NCBI GenBank assembly: GCA_051362555.1
Contig: CM120642.1
Span: forward strand, 6,262,001-6,326,000
Source: Lingula anatina
Lineage: Eukaryota; Animalia; Brachiopoda
DNA length: 64,000 nucleotides
Direction: 5' to 3'
The notes below the pieces were generated by a model. It made no database searches and was not told the DNA's origin. It worked only from the letters and a program-made list of their open reading frames with translations. Shown here in pieces: positions 47,281 through 61,100 of this stretch. The translations under genes and the position numbers were made by a program. Within the stretch, counting starts at the first letter, position 1, and each line of letters starts with the position of its first letter.

Positions 47281-49920
47281 TTACTCCACTTATATTTTTA
47301 GAATTGAGGAAATGATACAAAATGCATGCACAGGTAAGTTTGAAAATAGTTGGTAAGAAATGTGTGTCTGTATTAAATTACAGTGCTGGCAGGAATCTTT
47401 TTTATTCAAACTTTAAAAATGGCATGAAACTATATTAAGAAACAATTTATAGATTAAATTTTAGTGCCACATAGAAGCTAACAAGATCATGGAAAAATAC
47501 ACTGACTAATGAGAAGGGAAATGAAGGCTGACAACCACTCTTTATGGTAGGAAATTGTGACACAGTTAAATTTGGGGTCTTGATCTTTCAAAATATGTCT
47601 ACCCTCTTTGACGGAATCTTGCACTGGATTTTGCTATTAAATTTGATTAAATTAAGTGCCAAAAGTTGGTACTGTTTAGGGTAGTGATATATATATTTTT
47701 GTATATATGAGGCACCATTACTTTTATTTATTGTAATGAAGTTTCAAAAGTGTTTACATGAATGTAACATATATTGTATGCATCATACGATGCAGTGTTT
47801 TTAGTTTACAGGGGTTTACAGTTTTATTCCACAGCATAAAAAAAACTTAAGGAGAAGTTGGAGGTATTCAGTGTATATTCTTGATGTGGCAAGTTGAAGA
47901 AAACGAGGTTGTGACTTGTCTTGGACTTGAACCTCACTGACTTGATGTGTTCCCAAACATGTTGACTTGTAGTCAAAACTTAATTGATACAATGGCCTCC
48001 TTCAGTGGCCTACTGTTGTGTTCTTGTAATTTTGTTAGAGATGTGTGTTCTTCACTCTAACTTTCCTTGTGTGATTTTGCTGTTACGTGACACAAATAAG
48101 GTGTAAAAATTAAAGGAAAATATCAGGTTTCAGGAACAGTGACATTTGTAAGAAAGAAGATTTTTTAATTCTTTTATAATTGTAAATATATACTTCAGTT
48201 TTATAATTTATCTGAAATGATATAGAATAATATAACTTGAGCATACATATAAACAGTAATGAAGAATTAAAAAAACTGCTTTGTTTTGGCTAGAATTCTG
48301 TCCATGCAAATGTTTCCAAACAACATGAAAGCCGCCATGGCAGACCATTTAGCAGGTTTGAAAAATTGGCCCTGACAGGGAACTGACCAGTAAACTGCTA
48401 CAGGGTTTCTAAAAACAAATGTATCCTCTCTGGTCATAGGATTCCATGAAAGAAGAGCTGATGAGGTGTTGTCACTGGCCAGTTTTTCAATGACTCCAAC
48501 AACACTGACCTCTCACACTGCTTGTTTGAGTTGGAGGAGTCTTATATCTTTTGGATATTTTGTTAGCAGTAGCTGGGAAGTCAGTTTAATTCAATCAGCC
48601 AAGAGAACCAACACCCAACTATAAGAAAGTGAAGACATATGTTGAATAGTCGAAGCAGAAAGCCTGTTTGATCAGCACAGTTGATTATGCCACATCAAAA
48701 GAGGTGCTTGTAATGTATGATTATGCTTTAGAAGCTGCTCATGACAAAGAAGAAAACATATATTTGAACTGTCATAGCACCAGGTTACCATTAAAATGTG
48801 ATTACGTAGAGTTCATAGCTCATGATGGCAAACCAGATTTTTATACCGATGGCAAAGAGATGAAAACAGGGACAGAAACTGCCTTGGCAATATGCAAACC
48901 ACATACTGTGGGCATAAGACTATTATATTGATCTTGAACTGATCTGTTGTTCTTTTTGTCTCTCTCTCCTGCCCCCCCCCCCCCCCCCCCCAACAAAAAT
49001 ACCATAATTCCACTCCTGTTTTGTATATTGAACTGGAATACGTATAGTAGCAGACTGCATCTTCAAATGAAGTACTTGACCCAGAATGCTTAGAGATAAC
49101 TGTTAGTTCACTTATGATGTAGGTGTGGAGTACTGCACTTTAGTCCTTTGAAATATGATCTGGTTTTTTTTTTGTACCAAGTTAAGGGCAGGCCCCAATG
49201 ACCATATGTTTTTACTGAATTGGTCATACATGTGTATAAACCCTTACTCCCCTGTACATGCACAACTTTTTGACTAATTTAAAATAAAAAAGTAAGAAAA
49301 TCACAAGCTTTTGCTCATATAAATTTCAAACTTGGTATTTTCAATTTTGCTTCACAATTATCAAACAAATATGTTTTTTGCTGACTCAAGTCAAATAAAA
49401 AATGGAGGTTAAATATTTTTTATTTTTGCAAGCCAGAATGAATTTTGTGAAGGCATAGAGGGCACATATTTTTTGTGTCAAATTAAACAGGGTTTTGTGA
49501 ATGATTAGCATCATATGATTTGAATACACCACGTTTCAACATTGGAATGGCATCAGTTGTAAAAAAGCACCAACTTTGAGATCATGCAATTCTAATGTCC
49601 ATGATCAGGCCTGTAGGCGGGAGGTTGCCCTTTTTGACCAGCAAAAGATCTATTCTGAATCAAAATCAAAATTTGATCAAGTTTCTGCTCCATTATTGTA
49701 AAAACGTTCACTATTCCAGGAAAAATACCTCTTCCTGTTGAATTTTTCCCAGGAACTTGGTACCTATTAAATATTCAGTGTTATTTCTTACCATTTCTCA
49801 GACTACACAAAGTATAAATTATACTGCTAATTTGAAATTTGAATATATGCCAGATATAGGCCATATACAGATTGCATGCAGTTTATAACCTGGCGAAAAA
49901 TTACCCAAACGAAGGAAGTA

Positions 49921-49988
49921 TTTTAAAACTTCAATTTTCCAGACTGATTTAGCATTTTAAAACTTCAATTTTCCAGACTGATTTAGCA
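49921..49988. repeat. Perfect 34-bp tandem duplication
   Basis: TTTTAAAACTTCAATTTTCCAGACTGATTTAGCA x2. Confidence 0.9.
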
Positions 49989-52337
49989 GTCAAGCAGAGT
50001 GTGAAATGTGTTGTATACATTTTTAGTTGTGTGGTGCCTTTAGTAGGCTAATGTCTCATTTTGTTTATGTTGTGGTGGAGGAACCTTCTGAACTTAACTT
50101 TCCAGGAATAAACTGTGTCACCCAGTAGAAAATGTTTTTATCATCGAGCTGCTTGTTATATTGCGTGAAATAAGACCATTTGCCCTGTGCCATACTTTTT
50201 TTTGTAATAATTGCATTCTCTTGCATTTAGGGTTAAAATTTTATGTACTTATTTTAGATTTAGCATGTTGATCTATGTTTTTTAACAGTATATTGAACAT
50301 GTTATCGATCATTTTGCATAAACATGTTGAGAGGATTTTGATTTAAAAGTTTAGATTTTTAGAACTTTTCACAAGTGTAACATTACAGTTTTTTTTTTTC
50401 AAATCAACTAGTGTGTTCCATTAATGGACAGAAAGCAGGTTGAATTCATTATCCTATGCAGGTTTAGAGAAGTTACATTTTAGTTATTTTAAGTGTACGA
50501 ATCAAATGAATTGAAGAAGTTTTGCATTATAGGTCATTCTAAGTCAGACTTCGGCTAAAACTGGTTTGGGTTTAAAACATGTTACAAGACTCTGACCTTC
50601 TGTCTCACAAAGGTATCACGCTGCTTCTCAGACAATTAAATCACTGTTTCTTAAATTAATCTGGTTGTCTAGCAATATATTTTAGATCTGAAATTAATAT
50701 TTTAATTATTGTACATGACTGTTTCACATTGCAAAATAACCCATTGCAATTGCAATGGTTTTCAATCTAATGCAATGGACTGTTTGCCACCAACCCATCA
50801 GAATATATGTTACACAATGATGCTAATTTCTATAATGGCATAATGGTGTTAGCAAATGAAAGGTGGAATGTGATTGGCTGGTAAACTGAAATTGTAACTG
50901 AAATAGCTGAAATAGAGGTATTGCAGTTGGAATGAGAGTGTACATATCATAAGTGTGTCTTGAGAGCTGATTTTTTAGTTTTTACTTCCTTATTATCACA
51001 TATATAAAGCATTGACATGTGTCTGAAATTGAGAGAGGTTAACTTGTTCTGGCTAAAATATCATAAGCATCACTTAAAATAAAATGCAAGGGGAACAATT
51101 AAGTTAAATGTTAAAAAAGAAATAGTTAAAGATTACCTATTCTGATTAATTTTACTGTGCATTTTGAAATCGTTGCCTTTCAGTATCATTTAACATATTC
51201 AAGAAAAATTTTGTGCCAAGTTATTGTTAGTAAAATATTTCAAGTCAGTCCAAATGATAATGGTATGGTGACCCATATTTAGATATAATCATTTAAACTT
51301 TATGGTTTGTTTATGTATCAAAGTGGTTTTGTCTTTAAAAGCAACTCCTGAAAGAAAACTTATGCAAATAGTAACTTTTGAAAAAATAGACCACTGAAAT
51401 CCTTATGCTATTTCTTTCACAAGACTCAAAAATGACCACTCTGTCTTAAAGTTCTTCTGTGCAGGAGGCTCTGTAGAATTACAATACAGTGGACACCATG
51501 CACTGACCAAGGCTTGCAGTGGCAGTTATATAGAAACAGTTTAAGTTTTATTTTTGAATGCTATTTTATGTCTAGGACCCACCAAACAGTGGCTTCTAGC
51601 CTGTTTTTAATAACGGTCCTCAAATTTCACTGCTCTCAGTGAGGTTTTGCTACTGATATGTACCATTAAATTAATTTCTTAGAGAGGGGTAGAATTAGCA
51701 TAAAAGGCTCTTGGTCATTGTAATAATATAGGGATGATTACTTTGTCCAAGGTTGATGGATAAAGGCAACAGGAGACCTGGGGTTCCCATACCAGAATTT
51801 AATTTCACAGGAATGCTTCCTAGTAGTTACTTGAGCATACAAATGTATACAGCTGTTTTCAGTTTAGTCATTTGTTTTCTTTGCAATTCCCAGGCTCAGA
51901 ATGCAGCTCTGTGGAAGAGGCTATGTCTGGTCCCGCTGCCCAAATTCATTTAGAGGAATTGTGCATGCTGATTGGTTACATGTGTGCGGTTGCCAGCACA
52001 TCAGAGGTAAGCGGTGGTGGCGGCAAGGGCTCAGACTGTGAAGCAGCAACAAGCAGGCCACTTCTCCAGTCTCACGCTGCAGAAGCTTACGCCAGCCAGC
52101 AAGACAGCAGTGAGCCAAGCGTCTGGACAAGTCTTGGTAGAGTCCTGGCACTGGAAGCAGGTCACTTCTTCACGACAGAGAACTGACCACCATGTCAGGA
52201 TACTGACCACTTGTTTTGGACACTGGGGAAGAAGAGGCATATTAAGCTGCAGTTGTTGTTGACCTGAGTGACCAGCTTGGACAGGAAACTGGACGTTGAA
52301 AAGAAATACTGAGAGAAGACAAGTTTTGTGCGCCAAT

Positions 52338-52488
52338 ATGCTGCGGTCTCGTAGAGAGAGCTTGAATTCAAGGCCGACCTCTAGCTTTATGAAGATGACG
52401 ACTTTAAGCCATCAGCTATGCTTTGTGATTATATGCCTTATAGCTACTTTTTACAGCTCACAAGCAGCCAATGTTCCCTTACCTCAAG
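52338..52488 (+). CDS. Probable first coding exon (signal peptide) of a large secreted or membrane protein gene; identity unknown
   Basis: MLRSRRESLNSRPTSSFMKMTTLSHQLCFVIICLIATFYSSQAANVPLPQ(G): hydrophobic core and SQA/A cleavage-like site, ending at a strong phase-1 donor CAAG|GTAAGA. Preceded by a GC-richer UTR-like stretch (51.9-52.3 kb). Alternative start at 52389. Confidence 0.55.
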
Positions 52489-55400
52489 GTAAGATAACAC
52501 CCGCCCCTTTTGTTGTCACCCTGTTCACACACACCCTTAACCACCCTCTGACAAGCTCCATTGTTTTTTATGCTTATCCTATTTGTTATTATTGCATTTT
52601 TGTTGTGTCTCATCTGACTCTAAACATTCTTTGTCAGACATCATTTAAAAGTTTCAGTTCAAATTATATGCTGACCTGCAAAGAATGTACATTTTTCCTT
52701 TGCCCTGACTAAGATCTGTGTTGTGATAAAATTGCAGAAAGTTATTTGACACAAAATGTAATTTTAATACCGAAGGATGCTGTGTTACTTCATGGTATGT
52801 TACAGTTTCCGTTTCCCCACTGTCCAATTAATGTTTTTTTGTCACATTGCATGTGTGTTACATTAATGTTTAATGTTGACAGTTTGATTGCCTTTTCCAT
52901 GTTTTAAGAAGTTACTTGTATTGCAGATAATGTTTTGACACTTAATTATGTAGTCCTGCTCAGACAAGAACTTCCGTGGACCGGAAATTGATCAAACTTG
53001 TAACTTCAACCAACCAGTTTAATGTCTTCTGGTGTATATTAGTCACCCTCTGAAAAGACCATGATGAGCTAAGTTGGTTTGATACCTGGCCTAAATTAGT
53101 CCTTATCTGAACAAGTCCTGCTGACCCAAATTGGTAGGATACCTGGTCTGTATTAGCCATTCTCTCAACAGACTTTGATACAATTCAAGATAAGACTTTT
53201 CCTATTGGAGGAAAGTGCATGACCTGATAAAAAAGGGCAAGGAATCTTTGGGCACTGCATTCTTTTATCTAAGGTGTCTGGACCTATTAGGGATAATTCA
53301 TGGTGAAGCATTGTTCTACTTTGAAATGTCCAGATGCTTTGCCAAAATATTTTGACCAGATATTCTTATAATTAGAATAATATGCTTTTATGTTCCAAGT
53401 TGTTGTAAGTTCAAGCTAGTTCAATAAAGATTGTGTCTGTAAGGACAATACTGGTACAATGTAGGTTTCTTTTTTGGGTATGTTTGAGTAAGAGTCAGGC
53501 ATAAAGTCTGAATTCATAATTTATTTGCCAAGAGCACTGTCAATGAAAGACCATTGTGTGCCACTGGAAGTACAGTTTAGTGATTCTGTGGTCTTGAAAA
53601 ATTTCATAAAATACGGTAATTATAAATGAAATTTGAAAAATAAAATGAAAAAAATTTAACCACCAGTAATTTTTGTTGGTAAATTATTTAATGATGATTC
53701 TGAAGTTTTGAAAAGTTGTCGACTTTGGTTGGAAAGTACATTCTGTGAGTAATTAAAAATGATAAAATATACAAAAAAGTTCAATTTTAGAAAAAGTCAT
53801 TTTTGAAAATTTCAAGGATTTACCATTTCCCTTATTGAATTCGGAAGTGATATTATGGTTCAGTGGTTACTGTAAAGAACTACTGTGTTTCTGTTTTCCA
53901 GATCATTTATTGATTGTTTAAACAGTGTTGTTTTACATTTTCTTAAAGCTTAAGATTGCTAATTGTGTTTTGTATTATACAGTTCTTATTATATCGCTCT
54001 GAGTGAAAAGTCATTGGGCTATGAAAAACCAAAGTGATTAAGTCATGAGAGACTGGAAACTTGTTGTGTAATGTTTTAAAACACAGGCATACAATCACTT
54101 TACAAATGTCTCTTTTCATTCAGATCCTTTGGGCCCTTCAACAAATAACAAGAAACAGTTCCTTTTGCAAGGGTAATTTTAAAATGTAATGAGTTAGACA
54201 TTTATTCCTAGGACTGAAGTAGAACAGAAATTGTAATGTTTGCAGATCTGTGAAGTAGTCGCCATTTAGGACAATGTATGGTCCTGTTGTGAAGTGAGGC
54301 AAGGAACATAAAAATCCACACAATATTACACTGTGAGTCTGGCAGAACATTAGTCCGTGACATACATTATACAGCCCACAGTCTGATAATCATTTCTCGG
54401 TTGCATTTTAATTCAAAACTGGCATGCTTGAAATTCCTCAAGTTGCCTTTGGTTGGAAAGTATGTCCTGTACTTGTTCACTATTTATTTAGAGCACTCTT
54501 GTCTCATTCAAATAATCAGGATCAGGTTTCTGGCACTCTTTACTGGGGTCTTTTTTGACTGGAGTTATGAATGAATGGCACATTATTAGGGTAATGAAAT
54601 TGAGGTTGCTGAAAGTGACACCTGGATTCACTTCACCTAATCGACCCCCTCCGTGAATAAAACTCTCGAAAAAAAAAGCCTATCAGATTAGAATTTAACC
54701 TCAGACTGAAAACATTTGCACGAAAGAGTTGTTTTTTCTCTTAAATTTTCTTATGTTACCTAATTTGTCCCCACTTAGTCAAGTTTTCTTTATATTAACT
54801 ACGAAATGTCTCTGACTCTTTTGATAATGCCAAGATGGAGTGTTAATGGTTTCTCCCGTAATCGAAAAGATCTAAAAGATAATAACCTGTAGTTACATTG
54901 GCTTAAGTTTTGTAAGGTATCTTTGGTAAATATTTAGTAGATGTCAATGTTTATTGTTTCAAGTCTAAATAATGTTTGCACAAGAATAAGAAACACCCCT
55001 TCAATGTAAAAGACTTTGTTTATCAAACAGGTGGACAAACTAGGTATAAAAAGTGAATTATAACTTCATTCAGGGTGTAATATGTTTAGATTTAGAACTC
55101 TAGAATCACCTGTAGCTTAAATGAAGACTTTGTTTCAAAGTGCAACTTTTTAAGAAGATGAATTTCGGAATTGCCTCTACCTATAGCAGATGGCTGAATG
55201 AAGACTTTGTGTTATAGTGAAAGATGATAGGCAGAAGACCTCTGGCCTTGCCTCCAAGTTGATTACCTTGGCTTTACTGTCAATAGGACAGCAAGTGGTT
55301 ATGTGGAGTTTGTGTAAAATAATGCCACAGATTCCTTGTCTAAAGGCCAGTCTGCAGAAAGTGTTACAAAAAACCAAACATACATCTATTTTGATGTCCT

Positions 55401-57142
55401 ATAAGATATAAATCGGATTACTTTTGCTCTTCCTGAAATAACATTTATTCTGTTCCACTGTAGTTTCAGAAGCACTCTAGTATCTGCAGACACATTGCAG
55501 ATTTATTTATGAATGTAGTGGTACATGGCACATGAAGTTAATGTGGAGGGGAAAGGAAATAACTTTTTAAAAGTTCAAATATAATTAAGGTTATTATAAT
55601 TATAAAGATGTGGGTCATTGATTTTGCAAGAAAAAAAGAAATAATTGAAAAGATATCATCTGTATTTCCTATTTTATACATATATAGCTGACATAAGAAA
55701 ATTAATCCATCAGATGTATGGAAAGTAATAAATAGTGTATATTCGGAAGAAACTTTCATATTTATTTGAACATTAGACCTTAGCTGCTTAGAATTTATAC
55801 ACTTCCAGTATTTCAGGAGAAACGCTTTTAAAAATTGGCACTCTTTTTGTAGTTAAATAAACTGTCGGCGGTACATTTCTAGTAATACTCTTTCAAAGAC
55901 CAGTCCTTAAAGCAATTGCCAAAGTTGATCTTGGTCTTTCAGTTTTGCTAGGAGTCCCTGACAACTGTTAAGAGAGAAATTCAGCTTGGTAAATTCATTT
56001 CAAACCATTATAATCTGTGGTGCGACTGTGGCTTGGCCTGTTACTTGATGCATTTCCGCTCAGACAGAAACCAGCAGGGACAAATGCAATTTCTGTAACA
56101 TACAGTAATGCAGCACAGTTTAGTTTATGCAGCAAGAGGTAATAGAACCCATTATGCCCACAGTTAAACAGTTGAAACTCGCGTAAACCGAAAAAGTACA
56201 CCATCTTTCAAATTAATTTGCATTTGTGCTGATGCTACAATTATGAATGGAATAAGCATATAAGCAGCCTGTTGCTCTAAACTCAATTTGCATTTGGACA
56301 ATTTATTTGGGAATGATGATGCTATTGTAGTATTTTCTTTGGAATGGTGCCTTTTTTAAACATAAAAAAGAAATTTATAGCAGCCTCCCATAATTCAGTC
56401 ACACAGCTAGTGAAACACAATACATCACTGTGTCTGGAATGTGCACAGTACCAAGGGCAGGTAGAGTAAATGTAGTTTTTGGTTAGGTTTGGCCTATGGC
56501 AAAACTGGAACCTTATTCTCAAAGCTCTTGCTTAATTATATATTCTTCAGCTCAAGCCCTCTGCTCTTCATTTAAAGTTATATACTTGTAGTGCTGTCAT
56601 AATATGCTTTTTAAAATTTGGAATTAGGCAGTGTTGCATGAAGTCTTATAGGATACTCTCACATTTCTGGTCTCAGACCGAAGCAAAAAGACCAAATTCT
56701 TGACTACTGTAAGGCTAAATATTGTACCATGCATGTCTGTTATCAAGTCCTGTGGTGATACAAGTTTGGATGATTCTCAGTCCAAACCAGTCCAGTTTGA
56801 GCACGGTTCTTTTCACCAGCTACTACTAGTATATAAGGCCATGGTTTGTCAAATGTCAGACATTTTCCATATTTAAATTAAATAATGTGAAAAGTCCCTT
56901 GTGTGTACACACTTGTGAGTGGGTTATCAGCTAGAACACCGAGTTGATGTTGACTTTAATGTGCCCTTTATTGAAATACATGGATGGCAACTGTGACCCG
57001 TTTAAAGATTAATAGGTGGCCAGTGCCAAATACTAGTCTGCTTTTCAGCATTCTTCAACAGGTCTGAGGGAGTTTGTTGTGCACTTTTACTTAATACCAC
57101 TTTCTCAATTAGCAAGTTATGTCATTTTGACATAGGTCTGCA

Positions 57143-57179
57143 ATAGATAGATAGATAGATAGATAGATAGAAAGATAGA
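57143..57179. repeat. (GATA)n microsatellite
   Basis: Directly visible. Confidence 0.9.
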
Positions 57180-57801
57180 AAATATGGCAATTAATAAAAG
57201 TTTGAAATTCCTCTTAAAATTAAGTATTAGCAAAGACTATGCCAGTATACAATATATCTGTCTCTTCATAAAAGTTTACAATTTTGAACTTTCCATCATG
57301 ATAACATACACAGGGTCACCTGTCTCCAACCAAAAGCTCAAATCTGGAGCACCCTGAAATACAGTAATAATGTACTCAAATTATGCTGCTGTTATGATAA
57401 TACCATATCTTATAGAGAGAGAGGTTGGTACTCCAGGAAATCTGTAAGTCCAAGCACAGATTTGGTTCATTGAGTATATAATCAGGTCAATTTTATGATG
57501 CACAATGCCAGTGAGTTAATGAAGTCTATGAACTTAGCAATATTTGAAGTATTAAGAAAGTATAGGAGAAGATCATTTGAGAGGGTTTTATTTGATGATA
57601 AGCAACTAATATATGGATAGAAGCTCTAAGGCCGCATTCACAACCAATTTGATCTGCTTACTAAGAGATCCACAGATCAAATATGGCCCACCCACTTGAA
57701 AGATTGCCGCATTATCCCCTAATAGACACTGAATAGCTTGTTCTGAATGTGCCATTATTAGTGTATAGTGTTCTGATAAGTGCTGCTTCCTGCCTTATAT
57801 A

Positions 57802-58122
57802 GGCATCGTTCACATGAAAAATCCAAATTCCAAAAATCCATTGGCGGTATCTAGTGATCACGGTCTGTGCCCTGAATATCCCGCAGCGTAATTAACTAGC
57901 AGCGCGAGCAAGTCATTTCCAAAGCTGTAATTAATTCTCGGCTGCGCATGCTTCCAGGTGTCAGAATCTCCTCTGAGCGCAATCGAGATTTAATTATAGC
58001 TTTGGAAGTACCTCGCTTGCTCTGCTAGTTAATTACGCTGCAGGGTATTCAGGGCACAGACCGTGATCACTAGATACCGCCAATGGAATTTTGGAATTTT
58101 GATTTTTCATGTGAACGATGCC
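57802..58122. mobile_element. Near-palindromic foldback MITE (about 320 bp)
   Basis: GGCATCGTTCACATGAAAAATC…CCATTGGCGGTATCTAGTGATCACGGTCTGTGCCCTGAATA… is mirrored at the right end; arms of about 145 bp around a short spacer. Confidence 0.85.
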
Positions 58123-61100
58123 TTAAGTACTAGAGTACGTATCCCCCATGCATGTGTCACTGTATATACCATGTGTCACTGACAGAAAAATTAGGAAAAT
58201 AGTATTTGCTGAAAAAATGAATAAAGGAGAAAGATGTTTTTTACTGAAACAAAGTTGTCATTGTGGAGAGAAATCTGATTCAGTATTTTTCACCAGGTTC
58301 TCATGTGTCTTTAGAATTACATAGAACTATAGCATTAAGTAACAAAAGGTTTGTATGAATGAAAACTAGTGTATAAATCATGGAATGGAAAATTTTTGTC
58401 AAGTCATTTAATTATTACATAGTGGAACCAATATTTATTAGTTAGAATTGTTCAAGGATTGTCAGGCATGCATGTTTATGTGGAAATTCGCAGATGGTTA
58501 CTCAGGTTGTTTTTGGTCTAGAAGTTTCTGGAAGTTCATTTGCATTGGATGCTGGGATTTTGATCACCCTTTCTTAAAGCTCAGTGTTGGACTAATAGGC
58601 GAAACATTCTTTTTAGAATGGGTTGCCTATTACCTAGCCATGTACTGTGTCATATACAATATATTAGGGCCCCTAGACATGTATAATTTTGATCTGTGCA
58701 CATGGAATTGGTTTTACAAAAGGCCGGTTCCATGCTTATTCTCCTTGCTGCTGTTTAATGAAAAGAGGTTTGTGGCACATGTACGAAATAAATTGCAGCA
58801 AGTTTAACATTTAAGCCTAGTTGCCACGGCAGCAAAATTAGATTGTCTGCTTGTCTCACCGACAATTTCTACCATATTGCACTGAGAAGCTGTGGCTGTG
58901 CAATTTGGCTTCAGGCATGTAAAAAAAGCACTCAAAACTCTGTTTTAGTGGTCTTATTTTAGAGCATGTTGAGATAATATCTTAATTAAAACAGATCTCC
59001 TAAAGCAGTTGAAAATTAGAAAAAAAGGGTTTGTTCTTTCAAAGAAGCTTAAGGTAACTCTGGCCTACTAGGTCATCATTTGCCCTTTGAAAAGTTTTTT
59101 ATTGTTTTCCTAGAGCTCTGACCATTTGTAGATAATCAATACTCAGGTGTGCAGTCTCCTCTAGTGTAGCTTCATGTTTGATCAGTAAATACTTTTCAGT
59201 TCAAAATATCTGGTCATTTTGCCCACATTCAATTAGTTTTTGTAGACTTAGAAAAATCCAGATCTCCTTTACCTTTCATTCTTTCTCTCCATCCAACAGA
59301 CCTATATTGAGGGTTGAAAAGGAGGGAATGGGGCTTCAGAGGATCAGGATATAATGAGATAGAGATTAGACCTATAATTGTACCAGGAAAATATTATCTA
59401 AAGACTGTCTAGCTGCATAAATGAATTTGGAAATCATCTTTGAAGTCCATCTTGTACATGTAACAGTGGGAGATTTGGTTCTTAGTCATTTGATAGTGGC
59501 TAGACACTTGAAGTTAGGTTCAGACCAGTGTAGGTGTAGATTAAATGATAAAGTCATTAACCACAAATGAAATAGTCTTTAACCCAACAGCCACAGTAGA
59601 TGTAGACTCCACCGCCTCCTCTTCCTGTCTAGCAGCTGCTCTATAATTTAGTGCATCTTAATCAATCATTTTTTGTGACGGTGTTGGTTTCAGACAATTT
59701 AATTCAAATATATATTCATTGAGTGTTAACAGGTACATGTATTTTGTCATTCAGTCACCAATAATTGCACATAGTCATACATATGTCATACATGTATTGG
59801 TATGCAATTAAAATTGAATAAAATTGAAATAAAATTTAATAGATTGATAGATTTATTTACTCATGTTCTACATCCAAGGTCCTTTTCACATGGATTGGTA
59901 TATATATATTACTGGACCAATTCAGTTTAAGAGGTCTAATGTTACAGAAGAGGCACTTTCGTCACAGGGGATTTTTTCCCTTCATTTTACAAGTTCTCCA
60001 CAAGTTCCCACCCTGCTGTTTGCTGTTCAACTTAATTAATTTATTATCCATGCCAAGAGCTTGAAGGGGAGGAGAGGGGGTTGGCCTGTTTAGCTAGGTG
60101 ACTCTCTTTGCCAAATTGGTGATTATGGCTGGCTATTAAGCTGTCAATATCTCACAGTGGACCAGTCCAGTTAAATGTAACCCTTGATGCATGGAGGGCC
60201 TCTTTCAGGTTCTTGGTGACACTCGGCACTCTCAGTTTTGAGGACAATGCAGGGTGATCAACATGAAGTACATTTGTATATGTGAAAGTTATTTGATTTT
60301 GAGTTTCATTTTTGTATCGAAACTCTATTAATTAACTTCACTGTGGTCCACTGTTGTAATTCTCACTTAGTTGCTTGTATATGGGTTTCTGAATATATAT
60401 ATTTATTGTATACATATCAAACCATGTTGATCTTAAAAGCTGAAACTTAAAAAAAGATTGATAAAATTGGCCAAAAGTTATAATACCATTTGTGTGCAAA
60501 CACCCTCCCTTGTCTACAAACTGTCATTTTTAAAACTTTTTAAACAGATACTGTTTTATGCTCTTGGTGAATGTAGAAGTTTTGTTTTCCAGAAGGTTCG
60601 TAGACACAATACACATGGCTGTGCTAAGGCTGTCTAGCAGCCCTTCATTGTTGGAAGATTACAAGGTTAAATTCCGTTAAGTAAAGATATTTCCTGATTC
60701 CTGGCCTTTCTTCACCCGAGTTTGAACTGGATTTGGGCTTGAGTGAACAAGGAGACTTGTAGGGTTTCAGAGGCAGGATTTCCTACATAATGTGAGGTGA
60801 TTAGTTAGAAGTTTTTATTTAGGTGCCATTGTAGGGAAATATCATTGTGTCCATGTGTTAACACTTTTGCGCTGTTGTGTATATAATGGTTCTAGGTATT
60901 CAGATCTTGTAAAACATTATTATTTTTTCAAAAAATTTCCTGCAAGTGTCAGAAATAAAATTAATTTTCACTGACTTGAAATGTCCAAGCTTGGGTCAAG
61001 TGCAAACCGCATTTAGGGTTACTTCTTTTTTCTCACTGACAAAAAAAACTACATGTTGATAAAAGAAATGAAACAAGTAAAGTAAGTAAAGAAAAGCAGA

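Noticed and set aside
51753-52336. Several overlapping 66-104 aa ORFs on both strands
   Set aside because: Expected in a GC-richer UTR or promoter segment; no coherent protein features.
54124-54172. Possible second coding exon (DPLGPSTNNKKQFLLQ) of the + strand gene
   Set aside because: Acceptor is plausible but the donor is weak and the peptide uninformative; cannot be supported.
58448-58807. 119-aa ORF
   Set aside because: Non-ATG start, composition typical of AT-rich non-coding translation, no splice support.
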